A stretch of 64,000 nucleotides of DNA from a bacterium (GTDB lineage Bacteria; Zhuqueibacterota; Zhuqueibacteria; Residuimicrobiales; Krinioviventaceae): the NCBI GenBank assembly GCA_963675755.2, contig CAXXMD010000003.1, positions 1,376,001 to 1,440,000 of the forward strand. Direction: 5' to 3'. Positions 38,166 through 47,903 of this stretch are shown here, one piece after another; within the stretch, counting starts at the first letter, position 1; the number at the start of each line of letters is the position of its first letter. Below the pieces are notes generated by a model, which was not told the origin of the DNA, made no database searches, and worked only from the letters and a program-made list of their open reading frames with translations. The position numbers and the translations under genes were made by a program.

Positions 38166-40139
38166 TCAATCACTCAATACGGTTAATTTCTTGTACAACA
38201 CCGTACTGCCAGATTTAAACCGTACAAAATATACCCCATCCGGGACACGCGTTCCGTTTTCATCTAAAGCATCCCAGCTAAACGTGTACAACCCTCCCAT
38301 CATACTTTGATTCGCAATGGTTCTTACGCGTTTTCCCAGGGTATTGTAAACCGTCAGCAGTATATGATGCGGATTGCCTTTTTGCGCTACCTGAACATCA
38401 ACGCGAGTCGCAGGTACCTTGTCAGTAGGAACAAACGGATTGGGATAGGTCTGCGACAATCCGAATTCATAATCTTCAAATCCCGGTGGTAACGGTCTGG
38501 CAACAATCTTGGTTTTATCCAGCAGCCATTCATACGGGTCAACATCCAGCTCGGAGGGATTAAAATCCAGTTCCCATTGAAAGGTCTCATAATCATGAGT
38601 AATAAGCAGCGTATCCAGCAATGCTGCTTGGTCAGAACGGAACAATACTTCCAGGGGAAATTCAAAAATTCCGCCCACTACTTGCCGTTGTCTCACAAAC
38701 AGTTCCACCAGTCGCTTTCCATCTGCGGTCAAGGTTGTCTCCCACCCCACTTCAAGGTCCGGATATCCGGGACGATAAATCCACTGTTCAAAAAACAGAT
38801 CAAGATTCTGTCCCGATTCCTGTTCAGCAATTTGTTTAAAATCATCAATGGTTGCATTGCCATATGCATGCTGATCCAGATAAGCTCGCAATGTATTCAT
38901 AAACGCATCATCACCAACAAGATATCGCAGCATGTGCAGCACCCAGGCCCCTTTTTGATAAACCGTATATCCCCACATGTAAACCGGATCATATAAAGCA
39001 AAGTGCCCAATTCGTCCCACTTCGCTGAAATAGTTGGTTGCCATGGTTTGCATGGTACCCCGCAGAGAATCCTGACCGACTATCTGCTCAAAATAGAGCG
39101 CTTCACAATACGAGGCAAAGCCTTCGTTAAGCCAGATCTCTCGCCAGTCTGTCAATGTTACATAATCTCCAAACCAGTGATGCGCCAGCTCGTGCGCCAC
39201 AATATAATCATATTTATTGTCACCGGTTATAAGATTGGTAGACATGCTTGTCATGGTCTGGTGCTCCATGGCACCGCTCTGATAAGTCTCTGCCATGCTG
39301 TAACGATCAAAAGGGTATGGACCAAACAACTCTTCAAACACACGCATCATTTGTGAAAGATTCTGCCAGCTCAACTCGGCATTTTCAAACTTTTCCGGAG
39401 TTACATAATACTCCAGTGAAATGGTATCCTCATCAAGGGAAATAAAGGGCTCCTTGTGTACCTCATAGTTACTGACAGCAATAGCAATCAGATAAGACGC
39501 TATGGGATGCTTCTCCTGCCAGTGCCATGTGGTTGTACCCTCTTCTGAGGTTGTGGTATCCACCAGCAAACCGTTGGAAAAAGCGCTCAACCCGGTGGGC
39601 ACAGTTATGTACATATCCAGCGTTGCCTTGTCATCCGGCACATCATGTGACGGCACCCAAAAGCGCAGCATGGATGGCGGCTGGGTGTTCAAACCTTCGC
39701 CATGCGTATAAATAATATCTTTGATAAAAAAGAATCCGCCGCTGCGGTCGTTGCCCGGTGTGCCGTGATAATAGACACTCACTCCAAAGGTATCATCCAT
39801 TGCGGGAGTATCCATAACCAGTTTGCCGTTACCATACAAATACTCGCTTGTTTCAACGCCTTGAATAAACACAGAATCTACCGTCAGGTTTAACAGATGT
39901 AGAAAAAAAGAGGCCTCAGCAGAAGGTAAGGAACGAATTTCAAGATCAGCTCGTGCGGTAATCTGTTTTTCTTCCGGTGAAATTAAAAGATGCAGGTCAT
40001 AATGCAGTACATCAATGGGGTTGGATTCATCATCACTATCCAACTGCATATAAACAGGTGGAGAGACAAAGGGCTTGTCTAAAATCCTGTCCTGCGCAAA
40101 AACACTGCCTGCAAAGAAAACAAGCAGTAACCATGTCAA
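38166..40139 (-). CDS. M1 family metallo-aminopeptidase with C-terminal sorting domain
   Basis: GAMEH, HELAHHW-x-E (WLNEGFA), Y.KGAWVLHMLR and a C-terminal YPNPF...WD...DGVYF. The start is uncertain (see findings). Confidence 0.93.
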   Translation of the reverse strand: MTWLLLVFFAGSVFAQDRILDKPFVSPPVYMQLDSDDESNPIDVLHYDLHLLISPEEKQITARADLEIRSLPSAEASFFLHLLNLTVDSVFIQGVETSEYLYGNGKLVMDTPAMDDTFGVSVYYHGTPGNDRSGGFFFIKDIIYTHGEGLNTQPPSMLRFWVPSHDVPDDKATLDMYITVPTGLSAFSNGLLVDTTTSEEGTTTWHWQEKHPIASYLIAIAVSNYEVHKEPFISLDEDTISLEYYVTPEKFENAELSWQNLSQMMRVFEELFGPYPFDRYSMAETYQSGAMEHQTMTSMSTNLITGDNKYDYIVAHELAHHWFGDYVTLTDWREIWLNEGFASYCEALYFEQIVGQDSLRGTMQTMATNYFSEVGRIGHFALYDPVYMWGYTVYQKGAWVLHMLRYLVGDDAFMNTLRAYLDQHAYGNATIDDFKQIAEQESGQNLDLFFEQWIYRPGYPDLEVGWETTLTADGKRLVELFVRQRQVVGGIFEFPLEVLFRSDQAALLDTLLITHDYETFQWELDFNPSELDVDPYEWLLDKTKIVARPLPPGFEDYEFGLSQTYPNPFVPTDKVPATRVDVQVAQKGNPHHILLTVYNTLGKRVRTIANQSMMGGLYTFSWDALDENGTRVPDGVYFVRFKSGSTVLYKKLTVLSD

Positions 40140-40143
40140 ACGG

Positions 40144-40338
40144 CTACTTTTCAGCGTTGGGGTCCTTTAAGGTACTCCATATAATTATACCAATAGCAAC
40201 AATACAGCCCCACAAGATCAAAACCAATGTGCGGGGAGGATTGCGAAACAAAATTTCATAAAGCAGACCGGCAACTCCAAATGCCATGTAAATGACTGCC
40301 CTGCGTTTATATCCGTCTTTCCAAAAACTAAATTTCAT
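40144..40338 (-). CDS. Small two-TM membrane protein
   Basis: 64 aa with two hydrophobic helices and an AGAGAG RBS-like sequence upstream. Confidence 0.6.
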   Translation of the reverse strand: MKFSFWKDGYKRRAVIYMAFGVAGLLYEILFRNPPRTLVLILWGCIVAIGIIIWSTLKDPNAEK

Positions 40339-40380
40339 TGCAACTCTCTTTTTTTATCAAGAACACCAAAATCTGTCCGG

Positions 40381-40914
40381 TTATTCTTGCAGATGTGATA
40401 ATAATTCATAAACCGCTATGCCATAGGCAACCGAAACATTGAGCGATTGCTTGATACCCAGCATGGGTATCTCTACGGCAATATCGCCCAATGGTACAAG
40501 CTCATCCTGAATACCGTGATACTCGTTGCCAACCACCATGCAAAGGGGAATTTGGTAATCCGCTTGGCGGTAATCCACACTGTCAGAGGTATGTTCCAGC
40601 ATAACGATCTGATAGCCCTCTGATTTCAGCTTTTCAATCAATTTTGCCGCATCCGGTTCATAACTCCAGGGCACGGATTCTTCAGCGCCCAGGCTGGTCT
40701 TGCGAATGTCTGCCCGCGGAGGTTGGCTGGTAATACCGCACAGATACAGATGCTCTATATGCGCGCCGTCTGAGGTACGAAACAAGGCACCTACATTGTG
40801 CGCGGAACGGATATTGTCCGCTATCACTACAATACGGTTGCGGGGACTGTTGAGCGAATCCTGCGGATCAGGACGCGCATCATTTATTTCTTCATATGAA
40901 AGTTTGCGGAGCAT
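40381..40914 (-). CDS. TrmH/SpoU family RNA 2'-O-methyltransferase
   Basis: DNIRSAHNVGALFRT.D, VVGNE..GI and IPM.G.KQSLNVSVA SPOUT motifs. Confidence 0.93.
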   Translation of the reverse strand: MLRKLSYEEINDARPDPQDSLNSPRNRIVVIADNIRSAHNVGALFRTSDGAHIEHLYLCGITSQPPRADIRKTSLGAEESVPWSYEPDAAKLIEKLKSEGYQIVMLEHTSDSVDYRQADYQIPLCMVVGNEYHGIQDELVPLGDIAVEIPMLGIKQSLNVSVAYGIAVYELLSHLQE

Positions 40915-41038
40915 AATATTCTTTCTCTTCCGGGAACTAAACTCTGATCAATTTGTATAAAATAAGAGTTTACAATCTATTATACAACTATTTTCAATAA
41001 ATCACTTTATCCAAGGGGAATCAAAAGAGGGGACGCTT

Positions 41039-41656
41039 ATGAAAACCAAACGTTTTTTGTTTGTTATGTTGAGCTGTATAATTATCAACTCACAGGCAGC
41101 AGAACTGGGGGTAGATTTTGGAACAGGTATTGTTCAATCAATAGAAACAGATACTCAATCCTTTGACAGCCCACCTAATAGTATAAATGTTAAACTCTGG
41201 GTACCGGTAAAGTCCATGATGCTGGTTTTATCAACAGGTTATAGTTATAAAAAAAATGAAACAAATTATAGCAATAACGAAGAAAGATATTTATTAACAA
41301 AAGGAATCCCCGTAGAGTTTGAGATTTTATCCTGCCCGTTGCAAAGCAAGACTTTCTCACCATTTATTGGTATAGGAATGGGATATTACAACTATGAGCT
41401 TACGAACAAAAGTTATGCGACCTTTAATTACGACTTGAAAGGATTTGCCCAATATTTCACTTTTGGATGCAAATACAATATAACCACCAAGGTGTCCTCT
41501 TTTATCCAATTCAAAAAGTTAGGTTGGAGTGATATTACAATTACTCCTGACAATAATAATTTTTATGATTATGGATTTACATATAAATCAAAATATGACA
41601 GTCAAAACGGTATAGAGGATATGGGAATAGCCGTGGGATTTTCATTTAAAATGTAG
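41039..41656 (+). CDS. Small outer-membrane beta-barrel protein (paralogue A)
   Basis: Signal peptide, PFIGIGMGYYNY and a C-terminal VGFSFKM. GAGGGG RBS. Confidence 0.7.
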   Translation: MKTKRFLFVMLSCIIINSQAAELGVDFGTGIVQSIETDTQSFDSPPNSINVKLWVPVKSMMLVLSTGYSYKKNETNYSNNEERYLLTKGIPVEFEILSCPLQSKTFSPFIGIGMGYYNYELTNKSYATFNYDLKGFAQYFTFGCKYNITTKVSSFIQFKKLGWSDITITPDNNNFYDYGFTYKSKYDSQNGIEDMGIAVGFSFKM

Positions 41657-41667
41657 GGGGCTCTCTC

Positions 41668-42291
41668 ATGAAAAAAACAGTTTTAATATTATTCTTTATA
41701 TTTTTAATAAAACCAATTTACGCAAATAGTATAGGTTTAAGTTATGGTTCCAGTTTTATAAACCAACCATCAACATATCACTCTAATATGAATCTTGTAC
41801 CCAAACAACTCGCTCTTTTTGCCGAGTATTCAATGACCGATAAAAATAGTTTATTTACAAAAATGGGCTTTGCAAGGAAAAAACTTTTATCTGAAACCAA
41901 TACAGGACATGAACTCCTAAACGGTACTGAAGAATTGTCTGGAATGTCTTTTGAGTTGGAATATCAGACAATTGCGTCACTAGACAGGGATAAAACTATT
42001 AATTTATTCTGGGGATTGGGTGCAGGATATTATAATTACAGCTATACCAATAATTATCAAAAAACCTGGGAAAAAGATTATAATGGGCTTGCACAATTTT
42101 TTAGTTTTGGTTTTTCAACTTTAATACATACAAAAGCTAAAATGTTTATCCATTTTAAAAAGATGGGGTTCAGCAATATTAAAGAAAAACAAGCCCCTTC
42201 CGGTTCTTCTGGTAAAACAATTGATTATGTCAGCAAATCCGGATTAAAAAATCTTGAGCTGTCTGTAGGGCTCTGCTATATAATAAACTAA
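41668..42291 (+). CDS. Small outer-membrane beta-barrel protein (paralogue B)
   Basis: Signal peptide. Shares G.GYYNY...G.AQ.F.FG...FI.FKK.G.S.I with the upstream gene. Confidence 0.7.
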   Translation: MKKTVLILFFIFLIKPIYANSIGLSYGSSFINQPSTYHSNMNLVPKQLALFAEYSMTDKNSLFTKMGFARKKLLSETNTGHELLNGTEELSGMSFELEYQTIASLDRDKTINLFWGLGAGYYNYSYTNNYQKTWEKDYNGLAQFFSFGFSTLIHTKAKMFIHFKKMGFSNIKEKQAPSGSSGKTIDYVSKSGLKNLELSVGLCYIIN

Positions 42292-42321
42292 TGCCGCTGT
42301 TGTAGTTAATAGATTATATTT

Positions 42322-43488
42322 TTATGAATTTTCTTCCTCTGTATCTTTGTTGCTTTTTAAATCACCAGAATCCTCGATGTTATCCGCAATCAAAATCTTT
42401 TCTTCATCGGATTGCTGCTTTTGCCGATGTTGGCGCACCTCGGGTAAAAAGTCTTTGAACGTCTCCCCGTAAATAGCCCAGACCGTTACAAACAAGGCGG
42501 CAATGATGGGCCCAATGATAAACCCAATGATACCGAACAAACCGATCCCGCCCAATGTCGAGAAAAAGATCAAGAGTTCGTGCATTTGGGTATCTCTTCC
42601 CACCCAACGCGGGCGCAAGAGATTATCAACACTGCCTACCAGCAATCCGCAATAAATCAGCAAGGCAATACCGGTAATAAAATGACCCGCTGCAATCTGT
42701 AACAGTACCGCCGGAAACCACACCAGCGACGATCCGATTGCCGGAATGATGGACAATACCGTCATTACCGTGCCCCAAAACAGGGCGCCATCTATACCCG
42801 CCACCCAGAACGCAAGGCCCGCAAGGCCGCCCTGAATAACTCCAATCAGCAGCGTTCCCTTTATGGTTGCGCGCGTAACCGAAGTAAACCGGTCAAGCAT
42901 GCGGCGCTCATCTTCATCGGTCATGGGTAAATAGTACAAAATCTTTTCAAGAATCTGGTCCCCCTCTTTTAAAAAGAAGAACAGAGTATACATGAATGCA
43001 AAAAACAGGAAAAAGAAATTGATTGTAGACAGCGTAGCAGAAGACAAGCTGTTTACAAGCACATTGCTGAGCTTGCCCACCATCTCGCCGCCTTTTTGCA
43101 GGATCTCTTGCTTGTACGATACCAGAGTTTCGGAATAGGGCAGCTTTTCCACTAGCTCGGTAAGCGCTGTGGGCTCATTGATACGCTGTTCAATCCAGGG
43201 TTTAACAGACTGGCTGATTTTAATGGCCTGCGCAGTAACAATACCAAATAAACCCGTCAGCGGTATCACCAGGATTAGCAGTATAAGCAGCAACGTAAGC
43301 AAAGAAGCCAGGTTTTTGCGCCCCCGCACCAACCTTTCAATTCTGCGATAAAAGGGTTGAAACATGCCCGCAAAAATTCCTGACAGCAAGATTACCATTA
43401 AAAAATGCCGAATCATTGCAAAAAACAGTGTCGAAATTACAATAACGACCAATAAAACAATGATATAATTGACTGTTTTTCGTTTCAT
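42322..43488 (-). CDS. AI-2E family transporter
   Basis: FFFLKEG, IQGGLAG, IPAIG, DNLLRP..VG and GG..LFG..G..IGP. Confidence 0.92.
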   Translation of the reverse strand: MKRKTVNYIIVLLVVIVISTLFFAMIRHFLMVILLSGIFAGMFQPFYRRIERLVRGRKNLASLLTLLLILLILVIPLTGLFGIVTAQAIKISQSVKPWIEQRINEPTALTELVEKLPYSETLVSYKQEILQKGGEMVGKLSNVLVNSLSSATLSTINFFFLFFAFMYTLFFFLKEGDQILEKILYYLPMTDEDERRMLDRFTSVTRATIKGTLLIGVIQGGLAGLAFWVAGIDGALFWGTVMTVLSIIPAIGSSLVWFPAVLLQIAAGHFITGIALLIYCGLLVGSVDNLLRPRWVGRDTQMHELLIFFSTLGGIGLFGIIGFIIGPIIAALFVTVWAIYGETFKDFLPEVRQHRQKQQSDEEKILIADNIEDSGDLKSNKDTEEENS

Positions 43489-43502
43489 AAACTTTTCCTG
43501 CT

Positions 43503-44711
43503 TTATTTAAACCAATCCTCAAGGGATTTTTCTTTAAAATCTTTAATCAAAACATCTTTGCCGGGCATAGTATCAAATTGCAAAGGTTTATTCTCATAAC
43601 CGGCATGATAGCGGTTAATCAATTCTACCGCGTCTTTAACCACCTGTTGTTCACCCATACACGCCAGTTGTAAATAATTACGTAAAATGTTTAAATAGGT
43701 TTCCATTGACGCTTTGCCGGTAAATCCGTTTACCTCTTTTTGAACAGTATCCATCACATACTGTTTTGTTAAATCCATATCTTTTTGATATCGCTCACCA
43801 TCATAATAATAAATCTTTTTAAGATAAGGAAATAAATCGGAAACTGTACCATAGTGTTGATAATATACATCTGTCACCAACTCTTTCAAGCCATCGGAAT
43901 CTATATCAATGAATCGGGTGATCATTCTTTCCATTCTCAAGCGTTCAACAATCTTACCGTCTGAAAATTCCAATACTGTAAGATATCCCGGTCCACTTGC
44001 CAGTGCCGCTTCATGCAGGTAGAATTCCGTATAACCATTTTCATTATTATCAGCATACACAATATATTCTGTTCCCGCAAGCTCTTTTAAATCACCATCA
44101 ATTTTCTCACCGTCAAAATAGGATTCCGTCTCAATCACATATTCAAACGGTTTCCCGTCATCAAAGGTAAATACCTTTAGCCCTGTATAATCCCCCGGAT
44201 CAATATTTCCATAAATGGTAAGAATCTGCCACGGTATAGTCAGTACAATAGCTTCTTTACTTCCTTTGTTATTTAAATCTATAAAGAGAAAATCCGCAAT
44301 TTTCAAATCTTTATCAATCATTACACCCAGAGAATCGAGTTTATTTCTACAGACTTTGACCCTACTGCTTTCCCGGTGCTTCTCTCGTATTTTAGCCTCA
44401 AACAAACTGATAAAGACAACATTTTCCCTCTCAGTTTGCGATAACAGGCTATCGTTATATTGGGGATTAGCTTTATACCAAAATTTAGATTCAAAATAAT
44501 TCTGCAGTAAAGAATCTTTAAAGGTCTTGCCGTAATGCGCAAAGATTTGATTTCTCATAATACGCAAAATCTCCAGAGGCTCTTGTTCAATATCCGCCAT
44601 GGTTAATTTTTCGTATAGATTTATTTCACATTCATAATAATCAAAAATTAAATCCCCTGCATACAAATTACAAAACGAAATAACATACAACAGTAATACT
44701 GTTTTTTTCAC
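43503..44711 (-). CDS. Exported YARHG-domain protein
   Basis: LRIMRNQIFAHYG..FKD..LQNYF....WY...LS..E..N (YARHG-type), followed by D.D.DG.KEL repeats. GTG start. Confidence 0.8.
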   Translation of the reverse strand: MKKTVLLLYVISFCNLYAGDLIFDYYECEINLYEKLTMADIEQEPLEILRIMRNQIFAHYGKTFKDSLLQNYFESKFWYKANPQYNDSLLSQTERENVVFISLFEAKIREKHRESSRVKVCRNKLDSLGVMIDKDLKIADFLFIDLNNKGSKEAIVLTIPWQILTIYGNIDPGDYTGLKVFTFDDGKPFEYVIETESYFDGEKIDGDLKELAGTEYIVYADNNENGYTEFYLHEAALASGPGYLTVLEFSDGKIVERLRMERMITRFIDIDSDGLKELVTDVYYQHYGTVSDLFPYLKKIYYYDGERYQKDMDLTKQYVMDTVQKEVNGFTGKASMETYLNILRNYLQLACMGEQQVVKDAVELINRYHAGYENKPLQFDTMPGKDVLIKDFKEKSLEDWFK

Positions 44712-44886
44712 GGTATCCCCTTAATATTTTTTACAAAATAACAAAACCCTTAAAATATAACAACAAGATTTAAACACAAGATAATTAATTATCCGTTAAA
44801 TTTTTAAGAACTTTTTTATTTAATATACGTTTTTTCTATAATAATGCTAAAATCACGGGTAAAGAAAAAGGGAACCACCAACAGAC

Positions 44887-45873
44887 ATGAATACAATTCC
44901 TACAATTATATACTCGAGTCGTTCCTTTAAAAAAATAATGGACCAGGCATTTCAGGTTGCCCCTTCCAGTAGTACGCTGCTGATCACCGGAGACACCGGT
45001 ACAGGAAAAGAACTGGTTGCGCGTATGGTCCATGCATCCGGGCCTCGTGCAAAAAAGCCGTTTATTAAGATTAATTGTGGCGCTATCCCTGAAAACCTGC
45101 TAGAAGCAGAATTGTTTGGTTATGAAAAAGGGGCCTTTACCGGGGCTCACACCAGCAAAAAAGGTAAACTGGAACTGGCAAGTGGTGGCACTCTCTTTTT
45201 AGACGAGGTGGGTGAATTGTCATTGGCCATGCAAGTAAAAATTCTCCATGTTCTGCAACACGGACAATTTGAACGTGTAGGAGGAACAGTTAGTCTAAAA
45301 TCAGATGTTCGCTTTATAGCCGCAACCAATATTGACCTTGAAAAAAAATTAAAAGAGCATCAATTCAGACAAGATCTCTACTACCGCATCCATGTAATAT
45401 CTATACATCTTCCCGCACTCCGTGACCACAGAGAAGATATACCCGCACTGGTTAACCATTTTACAGATATGTACAGCAGATTGAATAATAAAAACATTAA
45501 CGGAATTGAGCCCCGTGTTATCAAACAAATGATGAAATACCCCTGGTTCGGAAATATACGCGAACTGGAAAATATGATTGAAAGAGCGGTGGTGCTCAGT
45601 ACGGGCCCCTTACTGAACATGAAACTATTTCCGTTATTATCAATGCCCTCAGATGCAGAAAAAAAGCGAACTATACATGTTGAAATCGGATCGTCACTTG
45701 AAATTGTTGAACGCCAGGTCATTTTGCGAACCCTGGAATATTTCAATTTTGACAAACAAAAAACTGCTCGTTCCTTAGAAATTGGGCCCGCTACGTTATA
45801 TCGCAAACTCGAAAAATACAAGCTTGAAGAAATAACAGAATCAGCTGGTCCGCTTAATAATATGGTATCCTAA
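44887..45873 (+). CDS. Sigma-54-dependent Fis-family activator lacking an N-terminal sensory domain
   Basis: GDTGTGKE Walker A, ELFGYEKGAFTGA, LFLDEV, FRQDLYYR, W.GNIREL and a C-terminal HTH (TLYRKL). Confidence 0.95.
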   Translation: MNTIPTIIYSSRSFKKIMDQAFQVAPSSSTLLITGDTGTGKELVARMVHASGPRAKKPFIKINCGAIPENLLEAELFGYEKGAFTGAHTSKKGKLELASGGTLFLDEVGELSLAMQVKILHVLQHGQFERVGGTVSLKSDVRFIAATNIDLEKKLKEHQFRQDLYYRIHVISIHLPALRDHREDIPALVNHFTDMYSRLNNKNINGIEPRVIKQMMKYPWFGNIRELENMIERAVVLSTGPLLNMKLFPLLSMPSDAEKKRTIHVEIGSSLEIVERQVILRTLEYFNFDKQKTARSLEIGPATLYRKLEKYKLEEITESAGPLNNMVS

Positions 45874-47607
45874 ACGTGTTTTTATCGGATCAGGATTTAC
45901 TTGTCCTTCATAAAGCCTTTCAATAATCTCTTCAAGTTGTGGCAGCAAATCCCCTTTTTTAAAATATCCGGCATCTCCTCCCTTTCGCGCACTATACATA
46001 TCTTCTGAATATTGCTTTGCCAGTTCCTCAAAAGATTCACCCTTTTCCAATCGAACAAGCAATTCTCTGGCCATGGGTTCCGAACGCACAATGATGTGGC
46101 TCATCCGAATCTTTTCGGAGCGCTTTGCTTTAACAGGCGTCGAATTTGATATCAACTGATGTTCTTTATAAATATTCGGTATAACTGCAGATGTTGGCTG
46201 AACAAGAGAGTTAACCTGAAAAGTCCAGGCTGCATTAGCCCCGGGCAACGGTCGATTCACAATCCTGCCGGTTATGGTTTTAGCTTCAATATAATAACTG
46301 ATGTAGGATTCAAAGTCCTGCTTGGGAATTTTTGCGGACCAGACATGGGTGGAACTGGTTTGCATATTAATTTTGGTAAAGTCTTGTTGGGTTTTTGTTT
46401 TCCAGAACAAGGTAACCTGCTCCAGTTCGTTACGGCTCAGGATCTTTGCGTTAACCATATAACCATCAGCATTGCCGGACTGGTTATCCAATGCGGCATG
46501 CAGTATCGTTACCGGGTCATCTATACCGATCTCATGCGTTATACAATGTATTGTACCCTTTTTTTCATAAATATGATTAGCTGGTACTCCCACTATTTTA
46601 TATCCAGGCATACTCTCCCGATAGCATTGCAATGCCTTTTCATCAGTAGGAATATTAAAAACCGGGACAAATACAGTAGAATTGATGATCAACGAATTGA
46701 CATATGATGGGGATTTGTCTAAATGATAGATTTCCCCCGGAATTTCAGGTACCGGAACTTTTACAACCTTGAAATCTCTTCCAAAAGACGTCTTGTGTTT
46801 CAATATCTCTTGTATCACCGGTTCAGCAAGATGCGCCTTATCGGCAGATTCTTTGGTATAATCTTCAACCAGCAAGGTCTCTTCATTCAACAGTTTCACG
46901 AATAAATCCAAATGTCTGAAATCCAGATCCACTTTGATCAATCGTTTAAATCCAAAGTAGGTTTCAAATGTTTTATCATACTCTGACTCTGGTTTGGGCT
47001 TTTGCAGGTCCCTGTAAAACGTGTTCAGAACAGCCATTCCCATTCCATCTGTCAACAAGTTGGCACCACTATAAAACAGAGTAAAAGGAGGCAAAATCAT
47101 TTTATATACAGGCATATCCAAATGATAAGCAACATAGGTGGATGATTCATCGTCTTCACGGTGGGGTTGATCATATATCCAGTCAAGCAATACATGCTCA
47201 CCTAAAGCAGTATAAGCAGATTGCGGACCGTAATCACGCATCCAGGGAGTTCTCAAACCAAAAATCTCTATCAGTGTAATATTTTCAGTTGTCATACCCC
47301 TTTTTTTAAAATCCGCACGTGTAAAATCCTTATCATTACATAATACGATAACAGGTATAATTTCTTTGGTAGAATTGATCAAACCCGCCATATCATCCCA
47401 AAAGGGTACAGGGTATTTTTCTGTAGGTTCCAGAAACGGAATAATTACCGTTTGCACCGGTTCCCACTCGGCCGATGTTCGTAACTCCATTTTAGGAGGA
47501 TGATATTTATTATATTTACCATCTTCAACAACAGGCGTTTGTGCCTGAATCCATTGAAAAGCAACAATCAGTAAAAACAGTAGCAGTATTCGTTTCATCA
47601 TTCTCAC
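45841..47607 (-). CDS. Exported agmatine/peptidylarginine deiminase family protein fused to a parvulin PPIase
   Basis: AEWE, WMRDYGP, HLD, SYVNS and G.IHCIT catalytic motifs. The C-terminus has HIIV...FEELAKQYSED..SA..GGD.G.F...GYHII. Confidence 0.88.
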   Translation of the reverse strand: MRMMKRILLLFLLIVAFQWIQAQTPVVEDGKYNKYHPPKMELRTSAEWEPVQTVIIPFLEPTEKYPVPFWDDMAGLINSTKEIIPVIVLCNDKDFTRADFKKRGMTTENITLIEIFGLRTPWMRDYGPQSAYTALGEHVLLDWIYDQPHREDDESSTYVAYHLDMPVYKMILPPFTLFYSGANLLTDGMGMAVLNTFYRDLQKPKPESEYDKTFETYFGFKRLIKVDLDFRHLDLFVKLLNEETLLVEDYTKESADKAHLAEPVIQEILKHKTSFGRDFKVVKVPVPEIPGEIYHLDKSPSYVNSLIINSTVFVPVFNIPTDEKALQCYRESMPGYKIVGVPANHIYEKKGTIHCITHEIGIDDPVTILHAALDNQSGNADGYMVNAKILSRNELEQVTLFWKTKTQQDFTKINMQTSSTHVWSAKIPKQDFESYISYYIEAKTITGRIVNRPLPGANAAWTFQVNSLVQPTSAVIPNIYKEHQLISNSTPVKAKRSEKIRMSHIIVRSEPMARELLVRLEKGESFEELAKQYSEDMYSARKGGDAGYFKKGDLLPQLEEIIERLYEGQVNPDPIKTRLGYHIIKRTS

Positions 47608-47641
47608 CTGGTTAATTGTTGATAAAATAAAAACCAGTCAT

Positions 47642-47657
47642 GACAAAATACATACCA
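47642..47657 (-). promoter_or_regulatory. Candidate sigma-54 (-24/-12) promoter for the deiminase gene
   Basis: Minus strand TGGTATG-TATT-TTGTC is GG-N10-GT (canonical GC), about 35 nt upstream of the start. Confidence 0.45.
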
Positions 47658-47771
47658 AAAATCATACAAAGCTAAACAATTGTTATAAATAAAGATAGAA
47701 AATCAAAGATCTATAATTTTTGCCAAAATCAATCATTATAATAGATAAATCTTGAATTGGCACTGTTTTAT

Positions 47772-47825
47772 TCTCATTTTAATACAAAAATCAATTTTTC
47801 GTTATTTTATTTTATCAAAATGAGA
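47772..47825. promoter_or_regulatory. Candidate paired enhancer (UAS) sites
   Basis: TCTCATTTTAATA (47772-47784) and TATCAAAATGAGA (47813-47825) are a 12/13 inverted match 41 bp apart. Both approximate TCTCA-N3-TGAGA. Confidence 0.45.
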
Positions 47826-47846
47826 GATATTTCCGTTTTCCCCAAT

Positions 47847-47880
47847 AAAAAAGGGGTTTGAATAATAATTCAAACCCCTT
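47847..47880 (-). terminator. Intrinsic terminator
   Basis: AAGGGGTTTGAAT-AATA-ATTCAAACCCCTT stem with a U run on the minus strand, after 47904. Confidence 0.85.
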
Positions 47881-47903
47881 ACAAATTGTATTTGAAAAAG
47901 ATA

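Noticed and set aside
47757-47773. Plus-strand TGGCAC as a sigma-54 promoter
   Set aside because: It has no -12 TTGC element and points toward a terminator with no plus-strand gene.
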